Positions 10,168 through 19,735 of a stretch of 64,000 bases of DNA are shown here, piece by piece (position 1 is the stretch's first letter; each line of letters opens with the position of its first letter). Location: positions 67,659 through 131,658 of the forward strand of contig JAZDJR010000018.1 in the NCBI GenBank assembly GCA_043803815.1. Reading direction: 5' to 3'. The position numbers and the translations under genes are program-made. The notes below the pieces were generated by a model. That model worked only from the letters and a program-made list of their open reading frames with translations. It was not told the DNA's origin and made no database searches. Origin of the DNA: Candidatus Micrarchaeota archaeon. GTDB taxonomy: Archaea > Iainarchaeota > Iainarchaeia > Iainarchaeales > JAGVWC01.

Positions 10168-12315
10168 TTAGCCGTACCGCGAACCGCGACTTTCGCGCTT
10201 TTTTTGTCCCAGATTCTGCTTGATTTGTTCCGCGATTTTTTCTCCGCCCAAAAGGCGTCCCAGGTCCGCAACGTCGATTTTTTGCAGGTCCAAGACCGTT
10301 CGCACGTTGTTTTGGAACAGGCGCCTGGCGCGTGACCGCCCGATGCCGCGCACTTCGCATAGCATCAAGAGTTCTTCTCGCACGCCGAACTGCAATCGCT
10401 TTCGCAGTTTGGCCAGTTTTTCGGGATGATTTTCCAGTTTTAGCAGCTGGCAGAGTTCAAAAGCCGCGTATCCCAGCCAGTCGCAAACCAATAGTTTGGA
10501 GCGCAAAATGCCCGGCGCCACGTTAAACTCGTCCGCAAGGCGGCTGTCGGGGGTTTCGTTTATCCATTGCTCGAAAACTTTTGCTGTGAAAAACTTTTTG
10601 GCCAGATTCGGGTCGGCATAGAGTTCGACGTTGATGTTAACGGGAATTTCGTCCTGCGAGTTGACAAGTTCTTCCAAAAGCCGCGGTTCCATTTTTTTAG
10701 GGTAATTCAGCAAAGGCGAAAGTTCGCCGGTATTGGAAAACAAAAACAGGTAAGTCATCGCGGAAAACGGCCTTTTTTGCTTTAGCGCGGCAATCAGACC
10801 GGCCGCGGAAAGCGGGTCGAGGTACAGTTCGGATACGCGTTTTCCAAGTTCGGTGGCTTCGAATCTTTTTTCGCTGGATTTTACGAATCCGAGTTCTTCC
10901 AGTTCAACCAGTATCCCGCTTAGTTTGGACAAAAGTTCTGTGGTTTGCTTGAACTGGAACGCGTAAAATGTCTTGGAAAAAAAATCTTCCAAAGACTGCA
11001 AATCAAACACGAAATTGGTCGCAATCGCGGCCAGCAAGTGGGTTCGCAGCACGGGTTCAATCGACAGGCGCGACTCGACTTCTTCGATTTCGCCGCGGAC
11101 ATAATTTTCCATTAAATCGTCGATTTCGGATTCGCTGGACGCCAAAATCACGGCTTCGCCGGCAACGTCAAACTTGGGCCTTCCCGCGCGACCCGCCATT
11201 TGCTTGTACTCGGAAACCGAAATGCGCGTGGAACCGCCCCAGGAGCCGTCGTAGCGGTGCAGAGAGGGAATAATTACGCGAAACGCGGGTACGTTAATTC
11301 CGGCGGCCAAAGTAGGCGTTGAACTGATTAGTTTAATCCTGTTTTTTTTAAACGCGGATTCGACGATGCGACGCTGTTTTTCAACGAGTCCCGCGTGGTG
11401 AAACGCCGCGCCGCGGAAAACCAACTGCGCGAGTTTTCGGCACTGGTCGGTCGGCTGTTCCAGCGCATTGAGAATGGCAACGGACGCTTTTTGGAGAATT
11501 TCGCGGTCCTGTTCCGAAAGTTTTTTTTCTGTAATCGCGGATAATTTTTCTGCGAAACTTTCGCTTTTTGGCCGGCTGTTGGCAAACACGAGGCATTGCT
11601 TGTTTTTTTGGTTTAATGTGTCTGCAACGATTTTGGCCACGCTTTCTTTTTCAGATGCGGCAATTTTTTCGACGCGATTTTCAAATTTTATTTTGCCGTC
11701 AAAATAAACGCCTTCGTCAAGTGTGACGGGGCGATAATCGCTTTGCACCAAATCCGCGGACAGCCAGTCCGCAATCTGGCTGGAATTGGGAATAGTCGCG
11801 CTTAATGCCAATACGCGAAGCTGCGGATTGATTAGGCGCAGTTTGGTAATTGCCATTTCGACTGCGGGGCCGCGGTCGCTGCCCATGATATGCACTTCGT
11901 CCACAACCAGCAATCCGACTTGCGAAAGCCAGTCGGCTTTGTGGCGAAGCAAGGATTCCAGCTTTTCGGTCGTGGAAAAAATCAAATCGTAGTTTTTCAG
12001 GTACTGACTGCTGGAATCAAAGTCTCCGGTGGAAATCGCCATGCGGATTTTGAGTTGGCCAAACTTGGTTTTCCAGTCGGAATAATGCTCGCTGGCCAAT
12101 GCTCGAAGCGGGCAGGTGTAAACGACTTTTTGTTTTTTGTTCAAAATCGAGTCAAGCGCGCAGAGTTCGGCAACCACGGTTTTGCCCGAAGCTGTGGGCG
12201 CGGCTACGACTACGCTTTGGTCAAACAGGCGGCTGGAAAGCGCCTTTTCCTGCATGGGATTAAACTTTTCAAAGCCGTTGGCTTGGCGAACCAACTCGGG
12301 AATGTCAAAGGTCAT
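10168..12315 (-). CDS. hel308: Ski2-like helicase Hel308
   Basis: APTASGKT, DEVH, LSATIPN, TPTLAAGIN, QMAGRAGRP, C-terminal HhH GIGRSRAR; start ATG 12315 (MTFDIPEL). Confidence 0.92.
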   Translation of the reverse strand: MTFDIPELVRQANGFEKFNPMQEKALSSRLFDQSVVVAAPTASGKTVVAELCALDSILNKKQKVVYTCPLRALASEHYSDWKTKFGQLKIRMAISTGDFDSSSQYLKNYDLIFSTTEKLESLLRHKADWLSQVGLLVVDEVHIMGSDRGPAVEMAITKLRLINPQLRVLALSATIPNSSQIADWLSADLVQSDYRPVTLDEGVYFDGKIKFENRVEKIAASEKESVAKIVADTLNQKNKQCLVFANSRPKSESFAEKLSAITEKKLSEQDREILQKASVAILNALEQPTDQCRKLAQLVFRGAAFHHAGLVEKQRRIVESAFKKNRIKLISSTPTLAAGINVPAFRVIIPSLHRYDGSWGGSTRISVSEYKQMAGRAGRPKFDVAGEAVILASSESEIDDLMENYVRGEIEEVESRLSIEPVLRTHLLAAIATNFVFDLQSLEDFFSKTFYAFQFKQTTELLSKLSGILVELEELGFVKSSEKRFEATELGKRVSELYLDPLSAAGLIAALKQKRPFSAMTYLFLFSNTGELSPLLNYPKKMEPRLLEELVNSQDEIPVNINVELYADPNLAKKFFTAKVFEQWINETPDSRLADEFNVAPGILRSKLLVCDWLGYAAFELCQLLKLENHPEKLAKLRKRLQFGVREELLMLCEVRGIGRSRARRLFQNNVRTVLDLQKIDVADLGRLLGGEKIAEQIKQNLGQKKRESRGSRYG

Positions 12316-12388
12316 ACTATTATGGTTGACCGTTGCTTTTTTTGGGGGTTGGTCAAGCACCTGAATTTGGGAGTTTTGGGGCAAGGGA

Positions 12389-12634
12389 TTACAACTCGCT
12401 TTGGGTTTCGCTTGTGTTTTGAAGCATGACGAACTCGTAGGCTTTTTGCAGGGCAAGGACTGCTTTGGGCAGGTCTGCGGGTTTGAAGGAAGAGCTGGAT
12501 TTCCATTCCCCGCTTTCGGTTTTGTATCGCTTTTCAATCGAAACCGAAAAATACGGCTTTCCTTCTTTGCCCGCGTTTTCCCAAATCGCGGCGGTTATGC
12601 CGGCCACCGAGATTTTTTGGATTGGGGCAGTCAT
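12389..12634 (-). CDS. Small conserved protein, PC4/whirly-like putative ssDNA-binding protein
   Basis: Strong GGAGGTGA ribosome site; ITAAIWEN..SVSIEKRYK..GEWKSSSSF..DLPKA beta-rich pattern. Confidence 0.6.
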   Translation of the reverse strand: MTAPIQKISVAGITAAIWENAGKEGKPYFSVSIEKRYKTESGEWKSSSSFKPADLPKAVLALQKAYEFVMLQNTSETQSEL

Positions 12635-12665
12635 TTTTTCACCTCCTTTTAAAAAATAAAAAAAA

Positions 12666-12866
12666 TTAGGCGGTGATCCTAATCAATCGCCCCAGCCGGC
12701 CTGTTTTTTGGAAGGGTTCGGTTTGGATGCTTTGCAGCAGGCGAAACACGTTAAAGTCCAGGTTTAATTCTTCGATAGTATTTTTCATTACATCACCGGA
12801 AACTAGTTCGCTTGGCTTGCTTTTAAATCGGCGGAGGCGGGTCATTGCCGGTGAAAACCGGTGCAT
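12666..12866 (-). CDS. Possible small hypothetical protein
   Basis: Short ORF filling the gap co-directional with the downstream gene; no motif. Confidence 0.25.
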   Translation of the reverse strand: MHRFSPAMTRLRRFKSKPSELVSGDVMKNTIEELNLDFNVFRLLQSIQTEPFQKTGRLGRLIRITA

Positions 12867-13119
12867 TGGCAGGGTTTGCCGTGCAATGAATTCAGCGGCA
12901 ATGACGCCCCAAAAAAGCTAAGAATCCAGGCATACAATAGTGGACTAAGAAATAGCCGAACCAATCGGACAAAGCGGCTATTAACCGGAAATCGGAAGCC
13001 GCCAAAAAACGTTCTTCAAAACCCCCTTTAAATATATATGCCTTAAACATATATGTGCGCTTTTCGGAGCGCTTGTAAGGGGTGATGGATAGTGACTAAA
13101 ACGACAAGGGTTTTTGACA

Positions 13120-13434
13120 ATGAAAGCAAGACAAGTACTCAACGAGGTGTTCACCCCGAGCAAAAACTTCGCCTGCCGATTGCTGGCTTGGGAGGTTCGC
13201 GGTGACAAAAGATTTTCCGAAAACTTCAAGTACGCTTTTGTGCTGCTCCACGAAAACGAAAGGGTGCTTGCCTACGACAATTGCGAGGGAAAAGGCCACC
13301 ACAGGCATTATGGCAAACAACAGGGACCAAACACCGGCACGCCCGAAATAAAATCGAAAAAAGACATTGAAAAACTCGCAAGAACTTTCATGACCGAAGT
13401 GACCGCAATAATAAAAAAAACCAAAAACGAATAA
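13120..13434 (+). CDS. DUF6516 (TumE-like) putative toxin
   Basis: FKYAFVLL..RVLAYDNCEGKGHHRHY motif. Confidence 0.75.
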   Translation: MKARQVLNEVFTPSKNFACRLLAWEVRGDKRFSENFKYAFVLLHENERVLAYDNCEGKGHHRHYGKQQGPNTGTPEIKSKKDIEKLARTFMTEVTAIIKKTKNE

Positions 13435-13475
13435 AAAAAATGAAGCCAAAAAAGAAATTATAATAAAACTCTATA

Positions 13476-13925
13476 ATGATGATTATGAAAGAAGAAATGA
13501 AATTCAATAAGGTCTTAATCCGAATAGCGTCTTTTGAACAAGTAATGCAAGAGACCGTTGAAACCCTGTGGAATGTCAAAAAAGGAAAAAAGGCCAAGGC
13601 CGCGCGGAAAACCCTCACTTTTCCGGACCTTGAAACCCTGCGGGAAATCCTTACGGATGAACGAATCCGCCTGCTCCAAACCCTGCACACCCAAAAACCC
13701 AAAAGCGTCTATGAACTCGCCAAAAAACTGGGCCGCAAATATCCCAACGTGTTCAACGACGTAAAAAAACTCGAGAACCTGGGACTCGTCACGCTAAACC
13801 TAGAAAAAAACAAGTCGGAACCCACGGCAACCTACAAAAGCCTCAAAATCGAAATACCCCTGACAATTCCCATACTAAATCGCTTCAAGGTTCAACAAGC
13901 CAAACACAATCGCGTCATTCCTTGA
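13476..13925 (+). CDS. HVO_A0114-like wHTH putative antitoxin
   Basis: ILTDERIRLL..PKSVYELAKKLGRKYPNVFNDVKKLENLGLV. Confidence 0.78.
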   Translation: MMIMKEEMKFNKVLIRIASFEQVMQETVETLWNVKKGKKAKAARKTLTFPDLETLREILTDERIRLLQTLHTQKPKSVYELAKKLGRKYPNVFNDVKKLENLGLVTLNLEKNKSEPTATYKSLKIEIPLTIPILNRFKVQQAKHNRVIP

Positions 13926-14442
13926 TGCCATAATGGGCCAAAAGCTGTCCCGTATGCCAAGCCTTGGCGTCGGCTTTGGAAAAACCCAGTTTGGAAAATG
14001 TTACGAACAATTGTTTTTCGCTCGTGGCTTCGATTTCCAAAAATAAAGGGATTTTTTTGAAGGCACCTAAGAATTTGTCCAGTTCGATTCGGTTTTTTCC
14101 AAGGCGGTACGATTCGCGTTTTTTGGAATACGACAAAACCGGCCTGAATCCAAGGCGCCGGATAAATCTTTGGCAGTCGCTCCAGTCGGATACTTCAAAT
14201 TCGATTTCTTCGGACGAAACCGACTTTTGGGTCGGCAGGCGCGTTTTGAACGTCAAAAAAGTTTTGGCGGTAGTTTGGCGCAGGCGCAGCACCTGGCCGT
14301 TTTTGGACAAGTGGCGGCCGGGAAAATCGAAATAAATCGTTTTTAGGACTCCTGAAAAAATCTTTTTGGCTTTGAGCTTTTTCAGGCGAGCCAAAACCTG
14401 CATTTTGTTTATTTCCAAAACCTTAACTTCGATTTCGTTCAT
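13915..14442 (-). CDS. cyaB: CYTH-domain protein (class IV adenylate cyclase-like)
   Basis: N-terminal EIEVK (ExExK), YFD, LRLR, LTFK, EIEF, FLEIEA; start ATG 14442. Confidence 0.85.
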   Translation of the reverse strand: MNEIEVKVLEINKMQVLARLKKLKAKKIFSGVLKTIYFDFPGRHLSKNGQVLRLRQTTAKTFLTFKTRLPTQKSVSSEEIEFEVSDWSDCQRFIRRLGFRPVLSYSKKRESYRLGKNRIELDKFLGAFKKIPLFLEIEATSEKQLFVTFSKLGFSKADAKAWHTGQLLAHYGIKE

Positions 14443-14623
14443 CTGAAAACCAGAAAATGCTTTGTCAAAAAATAATTTCGCGAAGCGAATTTTCTTTTTT
14501 CCCGAAGGGCTTTTTTCGCAAACATTTTCCCAAAAGGTTTTCCGAGGTTCCCGTTTTTGCCAAAGGCAAAAAGGGCCCATTCAAGCGCGCTTGAATCGGG
14601 TTTCTTTTGCGAAAAGAAAAAAC

Positions 14624-15289
14624 TCACTTTTTGCTCCAGTTTTCTATTTCGCGCAGCATGGCGATTTCGTTTTTGGATTCTTCGAGCTGTTTTTGCAGGC
14701 TGGTCACGTTTTTTTGGCTTTGTTCGAGGCGGAATTTTTTTTGTTCGTCCGCGAGCTTTGCAACGCGCGGGTTGTCCTTGTAAACAATGCTGGTGGAAAC
14801 GGTTTCGGTCAATTGTTTTCGGTATTCCAAGTCGTTGACAAAAGTATTAATCATGGGATGGTATTTGGGGTGCGAAACGAGGTGCACGGGAAGTTTTACC
14901 GCGTCGGCGTCTTTGCGGTAATCGGGATCGGTGAGGTATTTTTGGGTGTGCTGCCAGTATAATTTGTCGCCGAATTTTTTGACGTTGTTGGTGACATCCG
15001 ACAGCTGCGCGGTGCGGTGCTGGCCTTTCCAGTCGTTGACGCGGCGTTCAATGTCGGTTTTTTGCTTTTCCAGTTTTTGGATTTCTTTGCGAAGCTTTAG
15101 CTTGGTGGGATAAATTACTTCGGGCCAGGCTCCGTTGGTTGGAATGCCTGCCAAGGAAATCACACCGCCGCGCTCAAAATAGCGCTTTATATGCTGTACA
15201 CGATTGGAATCCTTGTTTTTTTCAACGAGTTCGCCGAATTTGGCGCTAAAGGATTCAAAGGAAGAAAAAACGAGTTCTTTGTTTTGCAT
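14624..15289 (-). CDS. Hypothetical coiled-coil protein
   Basis: 221-aa ORF with host-like codon usage and two coiled-coil segments. Confidence 0.7.
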   Translation of the reverse strand: MQNKELVFSSFESFSAKFGELVEKNKDSNRVQHIKRYFERGGVISLAGIPTNGAWPEVIYPTKLKLRKEIQKLEKQKTDIERRVNDWKGQHRTAQLSDVTNNVKKFGDKLYWQHTQKYLTDPDYRKDADAVKLPVHLVSHPKYHPMINTFVNDLEYRKQLTETVSTSIVYKDNPRVAKLADEQKKFRLEQSQKNVTSLQKQLEESKNEIAMLREIENWSKK

Positions 15290-15381
15290 ACCATACAGTA
15301 ACGCATTGGCGTTAAAAAAAACAACGGTTGGTCATGGCGATTAAAAAGCTGGTTTGCCTCGGAAAAACTCGTTTTTTGGGG

Positions 15382-17349
15382 TCATGGTTTTTGGCAGTAT
15401 GCCAAAGCCGGGTGGTCCGCGCAGACGATTTGGGTCAAGGCATTGATTTGGGCTTGTTGTTGCTTGACCAGTTCGATGGTGTAAAAAGGCAGTTTGTCAG
15501 CGGCATATCCTTTGGTGGTGCCGTCGTCTCGGTAGAGTTCGGGCAATACCTGTTGGAGGTCTTCCGCAATATAACCAAAGTCCTTTTGGCCGTTGGCTTT
15601 CCAAGTGAACGATTTGGGCTGAAGCAAAAGAATGCGTTTTGAATCCAATTGAACGGGTTGAATGTTGGTCTTGTAGTCGCGCGAGGAAGGATTGGTATTT
15701 GTCAGGACGCCGGCATTTGAATAAACCGGACCGTTGGTTGTCAGATTGAATATTTTCACGCCGCCACCGGCTTGTAACCTCATTCTTTCGGTTCCTCCAG
15801 CACTGGGATTTCTATCCTCATAGAAAATCAGCGCGCCTGTGCCATCAGAAACCCCGAATCCCCAATCCTTTGAACCGGCATCGGTTAGTTGAATAAAAGC
15901 CCCGCCAGCATTGGCGATGCGAAGGCCGATTTGATTACGCGTGACGGGGGCCAGAATATCAAGGGGTACGGAAGGACTTGTGGCACCGATTCCCACGTTG
16001 CCGCCATAGGATTGCAGTACCAGCGATCCTGCCAAAGTTCCATCATTGACGTCAATGTCCGCGTAGCGCTGAGCAGGGTCGGAACTGGTTTTGAGACCCA
16101 TGCGAAGTACCATCGCATCGCCAGCCAGGGGCTCACTGGTCGCCAAATAAAGAAGGTGCATGAGTGGGCTATTTTGGGTTTTGAGAGTACTGGTTCGGAT
16201 ATCCAAGTTTACACCCGGATTGTTGGTATTGATTCCGACGCCGCCCCATTGCGCAAAGGTCATAATGGGAGTAGGGGTTTCGCCCGCGTTCGCATTTCCA
16301 TTATAAACCCGCAATCCCCCCATGGTCGCAGGGATGGCTTTGGTGGTGATGTAAAAGTTGCTGGTTGGAGTAACACTGCTTCCGATTTGGATTTCTTTTG
16401 AAACTTCTAGGAACGTGTGGGGTGTCGTTGTTCCAATGCCCACGTTGCCACCTGCTGCTATTCTCATAACTTCTGTTCCTGCTGCGCCAGAAGCTCTATT
16501 TTCAACAAAAGTTAATGCGTTTGAGCCGTCAGCTACACCTAACGCCCAATCTTTGGTTCCACCATCAACTAATTGGATAAATGCACCGGCCGTATTTGCA
16601 ATTCTAAGCCCTATTTGATTTGACCCAATTGGAGAAACAATATCAAGAGGAACAGTTGGTCCCGCCGTCCCAATTCCGACTTTGCCGGTTTGTGTTATTC
16701 TAACCGCATCATCAATGTTGCCCGCCCGAACACTAACAGCACCAGCTCCAGGATCATAAAATCCGGCGGAACGGGCATTGTTTAAGAAAATCCCCTGCCC
16801 AGTAATTGCTCCCGCTACTTCTAATTTATTACCGCTTAGCGGACTCGCCGTCCCAATTCCGACATTTCCGTTTCCAACAATGGTTAATCTGTTACCTGCC
16901 GCAGTATTATCTCTTATACTGAAGTTCCCGTCAGGAGCCACGCGCAACTGCCAGCTTCTCAAAGTATTGTCGATATCAATATGCGGAACAGCATTTGTAG
17001 AAGAGCTGACTCTCAACTTAGTATTGCCCGAGCTTGCCACTTCCAACACTCCGACAGGACTCGTGGTTCCAATGCCGACGTTGCCGTCGTTATAATACAG
17101 GTTTTTGTCGGGTGTCTGAATCCAATAACCGCTTCCACCGCTTCCGCCCAAGTTTTGAAAAATATAGTTGATGGTTTCTTGAAGCGTGTGAGTCGCATTG
17201 GGAGACGGATTCGGCAGTATGCTCATGCTGGAAGGAGTCAATACGTTGACTTGGATTCCGATGTGCCCCGGATTGGGTGCGGTTTGAGCGGCAACTAAAA
17301 CGGTTAAAAGAACCGCAAAAAAAACAATTAAAAATACTGAGTTTCGCAT
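15382..17349 (-). CDS. Secreted tail-fibre-like protein with GNVGIGT repeats and C-terminal peptidase S74 (intramolecular chaperone) domain
   Basis: Sec signal peptide; six G(N/K/G)VGI(G/N) repeats; SSRDYKTNI, GYIAEDLQQVLPEL and terminal coiled coil. Confidence 0.8.
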   Translation of the reverse strand: MRNSVFLIVFFAVLLTVLVAAQTAPNPGHIGIQVNVLTPSSMSILPNPSPNATHTLQETINYIFQNLGGSGGSGYWIQTPDKNLYYNDGNVGIGTTSPVGVLEVASSGNTKLRVSSSTNAVPHIDIDNTLRSWQLRVAPDGNFSIRDNTAAGNRLTIVGNGNVGIGTASPLSGNKLEVAGAITGQGIFLNNARSAGFYDPGAGAVSVRAGNIDDAVRITQTGKVGIGTAGPTVPLDIVSPIGSNQIGLRIANTAGAFIQLVDGGTKDWALGVADGSNALTFVENRASGAAGTEVMRIAAGGNVGIGTTTPHTFLEVSKEIQIGSSVTPTSNFYITTKAIPATMGGLRVYNGNANAGETPTPIMTFAQWGGVGINTNNPGVNLDIRTSTLKTQNSPLMHLLYLATSEPLAGDAMVLRMGLKTSSDPAQRYADIDVNDGTLAGSLVLQSYGGNVGIGATSPSVPLDILAPVTRNQIGLRIANAGGAFIQLTDAGSKDWGFGVSDGTGALIFYEDRNPSAGGTERMRLQAGGGVKIFNLTTNGPVYSNAGVLTNTNPSSRDYKTNIQPVQLDSKRILLLQPKSFTWKANGQKDFGYIAEDLQQVLPELYRDDGTTKGYAADKLPFYTIELVKQQQAQINALTQIVCADHPALAYCQKP

Positions 17350-17402
17350 GGTTTCGCTTTAACAAACGGGATTTTGGTATTTATTCGTTTCTATGCAATT
17401 AA

Positions 17403-17753
17403 ATGACCCTGAAACCGATTGAAACCGGCCAAAAATGGATTTTGGCAATCGTCATTTTGGCACTGGTATTGCTGGCGGTTGGCTGGTTTGGTTTTGACCA
17501 GTACTCCAAAAACCAGGCTTTGCAGGCCGAAGCGGAATTGCAAAACATGTACCGACAAGGCGTTGTAGACGGACAAAACCTGGCGTTGCAAGCGGTGCAA
17601 GAACGCATTTTGAGTTCATTGCAGCAAAACGGTTATTTGGATGTTTCGTTTACGGACGACCAAAACCAAACGCGCTCGGAACGGTTATGGTCCCAATCCG
17701 TGATTCAAAACCAGCTAAACGACCAACGCGCGGATGCCAATTCGAAATCGTGA
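17403..17753 (+). CDS. Hypothetical single-pass membrane protein
   Basis: N-terminal hydrophobic helix WILAIVILALVLLAVGW. Confidence 0.65.
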   Translation: MTLKPIETGQKWILAIVILALVLLAVGWFGFDQYSKNQALQAEAELQNMYRQGVVDGQNLALQAVQERILSSLQQNGYLDVSFTDDQNQTRSERLWSQSVIQNQLNDQRADANSKS

Positions 17754-17803
17754 CCAAAGCCAAAATTTTAATAGTCAAAACGCGCAAATCTTATGGCGAA
17801 CAA

Positions 17804-18952
17804 ATGGAAAAACATTGTTTAATTCCGCTTTTTTTATTGGGCTTTTTTTTGGCTTCGGTTCACGCGCAAACCCCGAATACGCTGCAGTGTTATACGGGCA
17901 TGATAAGTTCGTGCAATCCGGGTTTTACGCCCGTCATTTTTATTTCCGGCCAAGACAACGCGCACGCATCCGAAACCGCGGACCAAGGTTATGTTCCGGT
18001 GTGCTGCAAAAACATGGCGGGTTCTTTAAGCGTTTCAACCAATTCCACCAATCCCGCGTGCGCAACTCCGGACAACAACGTTTTTTTGGGATTGTATTCA
18101 ACCAATTCAAGCACGCCGGCAACGAATTCCCACGGAGAATTCAACGCGGAAGCGGACGGTTCGTACGATTGGGCCAATTCCGCCAACGCGAACCGGCAAT
18201 TGTGCTTGAATGCGGGCAGCCAACCGATGTCATGCTGGCGAAGCAGCCAAGAATGCGATTTGCAAAACTCGGCCTGCGTGCTGGCCATTGCCAATGTTTC
18301 CGGCGGGGAAAGTGGGCATGTGGCGGCCTGCGAAACGTACGCTATTCCCGGAGCATATGATTATGTTTGTTGTTCCACCAGTCCACTGATGCCCACACAG
18401 CCGGGCATTCATTTAGTTATTGATTCGCTTTCATTGATTCAGCAGCCCGCGGGCGGCGGGCCGAGTGTTGAAGTGCCTTTGGCTTCCATTCCGGCAATTT
18501 CGGTTCAGCAAACCCCCATTGCCGGAATCAAAGCACGGATAAAAAATTTGGGAATGGCGACTTGCCCGAACGCCACGCTGCGTTTTTGGTTTGCCAACGA
18601 CGACGGCCAAACCATTTTGCCCACTACGGCAACGGGTGCAACTGATTATACTGAAATCACGCCAGTTTCAATTAGTGCGGGCGATTCGGTACTGCTAACA
18701 CTGTTGGATAATCAAAATCCAGTCCAGTTCGCACCAGAAAACGATTTGGCCATGAATTCGCAGAACTTGGCTCCCAATGTCTACTTGCTGAGCGTGGACG
18801 CGTATTGCGATACGGTGCGCCATAATTCCAAACGCGCGTTTTTTTCCGTGTTTAACACATTTTCAATTCCCGTTCCCGAACTTCCATTTTGGTTGGTTTT
18901 ATTGATTGCACTGGCTTTTGCAGGAGTGCTGACCGCCAAAAACCAAAAATAA
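17804..18952 (+). CDS. Secreted Cys-rich surface protein with PEF-CTERM-like C-terminal sorting signal
   Basis: Signal peptide from ATG 17804, Cys-rich N-terminal half, Ig/CARDB-like segment, VPELP + TM helix + basic tail. Confidence 0.68.
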   Translation: MEKHCLIPLFLLGFFLASVHAQTPNTLQCYTGMISSCNPGFTPVIFISGQDNAHASETADQGYVPVCCKNMAGSLSVSTNSTNPACATPDNNVFLGLYSTNSSTPATNSHGEFNAEADGSYDWANSANANRQLCLNAGSQPMSCWRSSQECDLQNSACVLAIANVSGGESGHVAACETYAIPGAYDYVCCSTSPLMPTQPGIHLVIDSLSLIQQPAGGGPSVEVPLASIPAISVQQTPIAGIKARIKNLGMATCPNATLRFWFANDDGQTILPTTATGATDYTEITPVSISAGDSVLLTLLDNQNPVQFAPENDLAMNSQNLAPNVYLLSVDAYCDTVRHNSKRAFFSVFNTFSIPVPELPFWLVLLIALAFAGVLTAKNQK

Positions 18953-18980
18953 TACCATTAAAAAATGGTTGAATGGCAAG

Positions 18981-19319
18981 ATGGATATGGCTTCGTTGAC
19001 ATATGAAAAACCAAACGAAAGAAAAACGCTTTTGCTTGGTATCGCCTTGATTATTTTAATTGCATTTATCACAGCTGGATTTCCTTTGATTGGACAGGCA
19101 CTGTCCAAAACAACGCAAGCCGCACTATCCGAACGCACCGCTTGTTATTCGCAAAACTGCGCCATCGGACTGGAAAACTGCCTGAACAATTCCGCGGCTA
19201 TATTTAGCGCTTGCCAAAACCGGCACCAAACCAGCTGTTTTAACGCGCAGCAAAACGCCGATGCCGCGTGCGAGCAACAATTCCGGCAATGCATTCAAAA
19301 CTGCAAAAACGGCTCATGA
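18981..19319 (+). CDS. Small membrane-anchored Cys-rich protein
   Basis: N-terminal TM helix followed by eight Cys in a helical, Gln/Asn-rich domain. Confidence 0.6.
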   Translation: MDMASLTYEKPNERKTLLLGIALIILIAFITAGFPLIGQALSKTTQAALSERTACYSQNCAIGLENCLNNSAAIFSACQNRHQTSCFNAQQNADAACEQQFRQCIQNCKNGS

Positions 19320-19374
19320 AAACTTTACAACCCAATTTTAAGCCTTGTGCAAATAAAATTATAGCGGTGAATTT

Positions 19375-19707
19375 ATGTTTCCCGGCATGGGCAATCCTGC
19401 CCAAATGAAGCAGATGTTAAAGCAGTTCGGAATCAAGACCGACGAGCTCAAAGTCAAGCGCGTGGTTTTTGAAACCGATGCCAAAAAAATCGTTTTTGAC
19501 AGCCCGCAGGTTACGGTTATGGATACGCGGGGCCAAAAAATTTATTCTGTCATCGGCGAGAGCCGCGAGGAAAACGCGGGGGTTTCGCAGGAAGACGCCG
19601 AACTCGTGGCAAGCCAAGCCAAGGTAAGCAGCGCGGTTGCCAAAAAAGCATTGGAAGAAAGCGACGGCGACATCGCGCAGGCCATAGTCAAACTCAAAAA
19701 AGAATAA
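19375..19707 (+). CDS. nac: Nascent polypeptide-associated complex protein
   Basis: MFPGMGNPAQMKQMLKQFGI and UBA-like AKKALEESDGDIAQAI. Confidence 0.93.
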   Translation: MFPGMGNPAQMKQMLKQFGIKTDELKVKRVVFETDAKKIVFDSPQVTVMDTRGQKIYSVIGESREENAGVSQEDAELVASQAKVSSAVAKKALEESDGDIAQAIVKLKKE

Positions 19708-19735
19708 ACAAGAAAAAAGAATTTGAAAAACTTTT

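Noticed and set aside
12316-12537. N-terminal extension of Hel308 in the ORF track
   Set aside because: It overlaps the 12389-12634 gene in another frame; helicase homology starts at MTFDIPEL
15382-17349. Provirus
   Set aside because: No capsid, terminase, portal or integrase nearby, and the protein has a Sec signal
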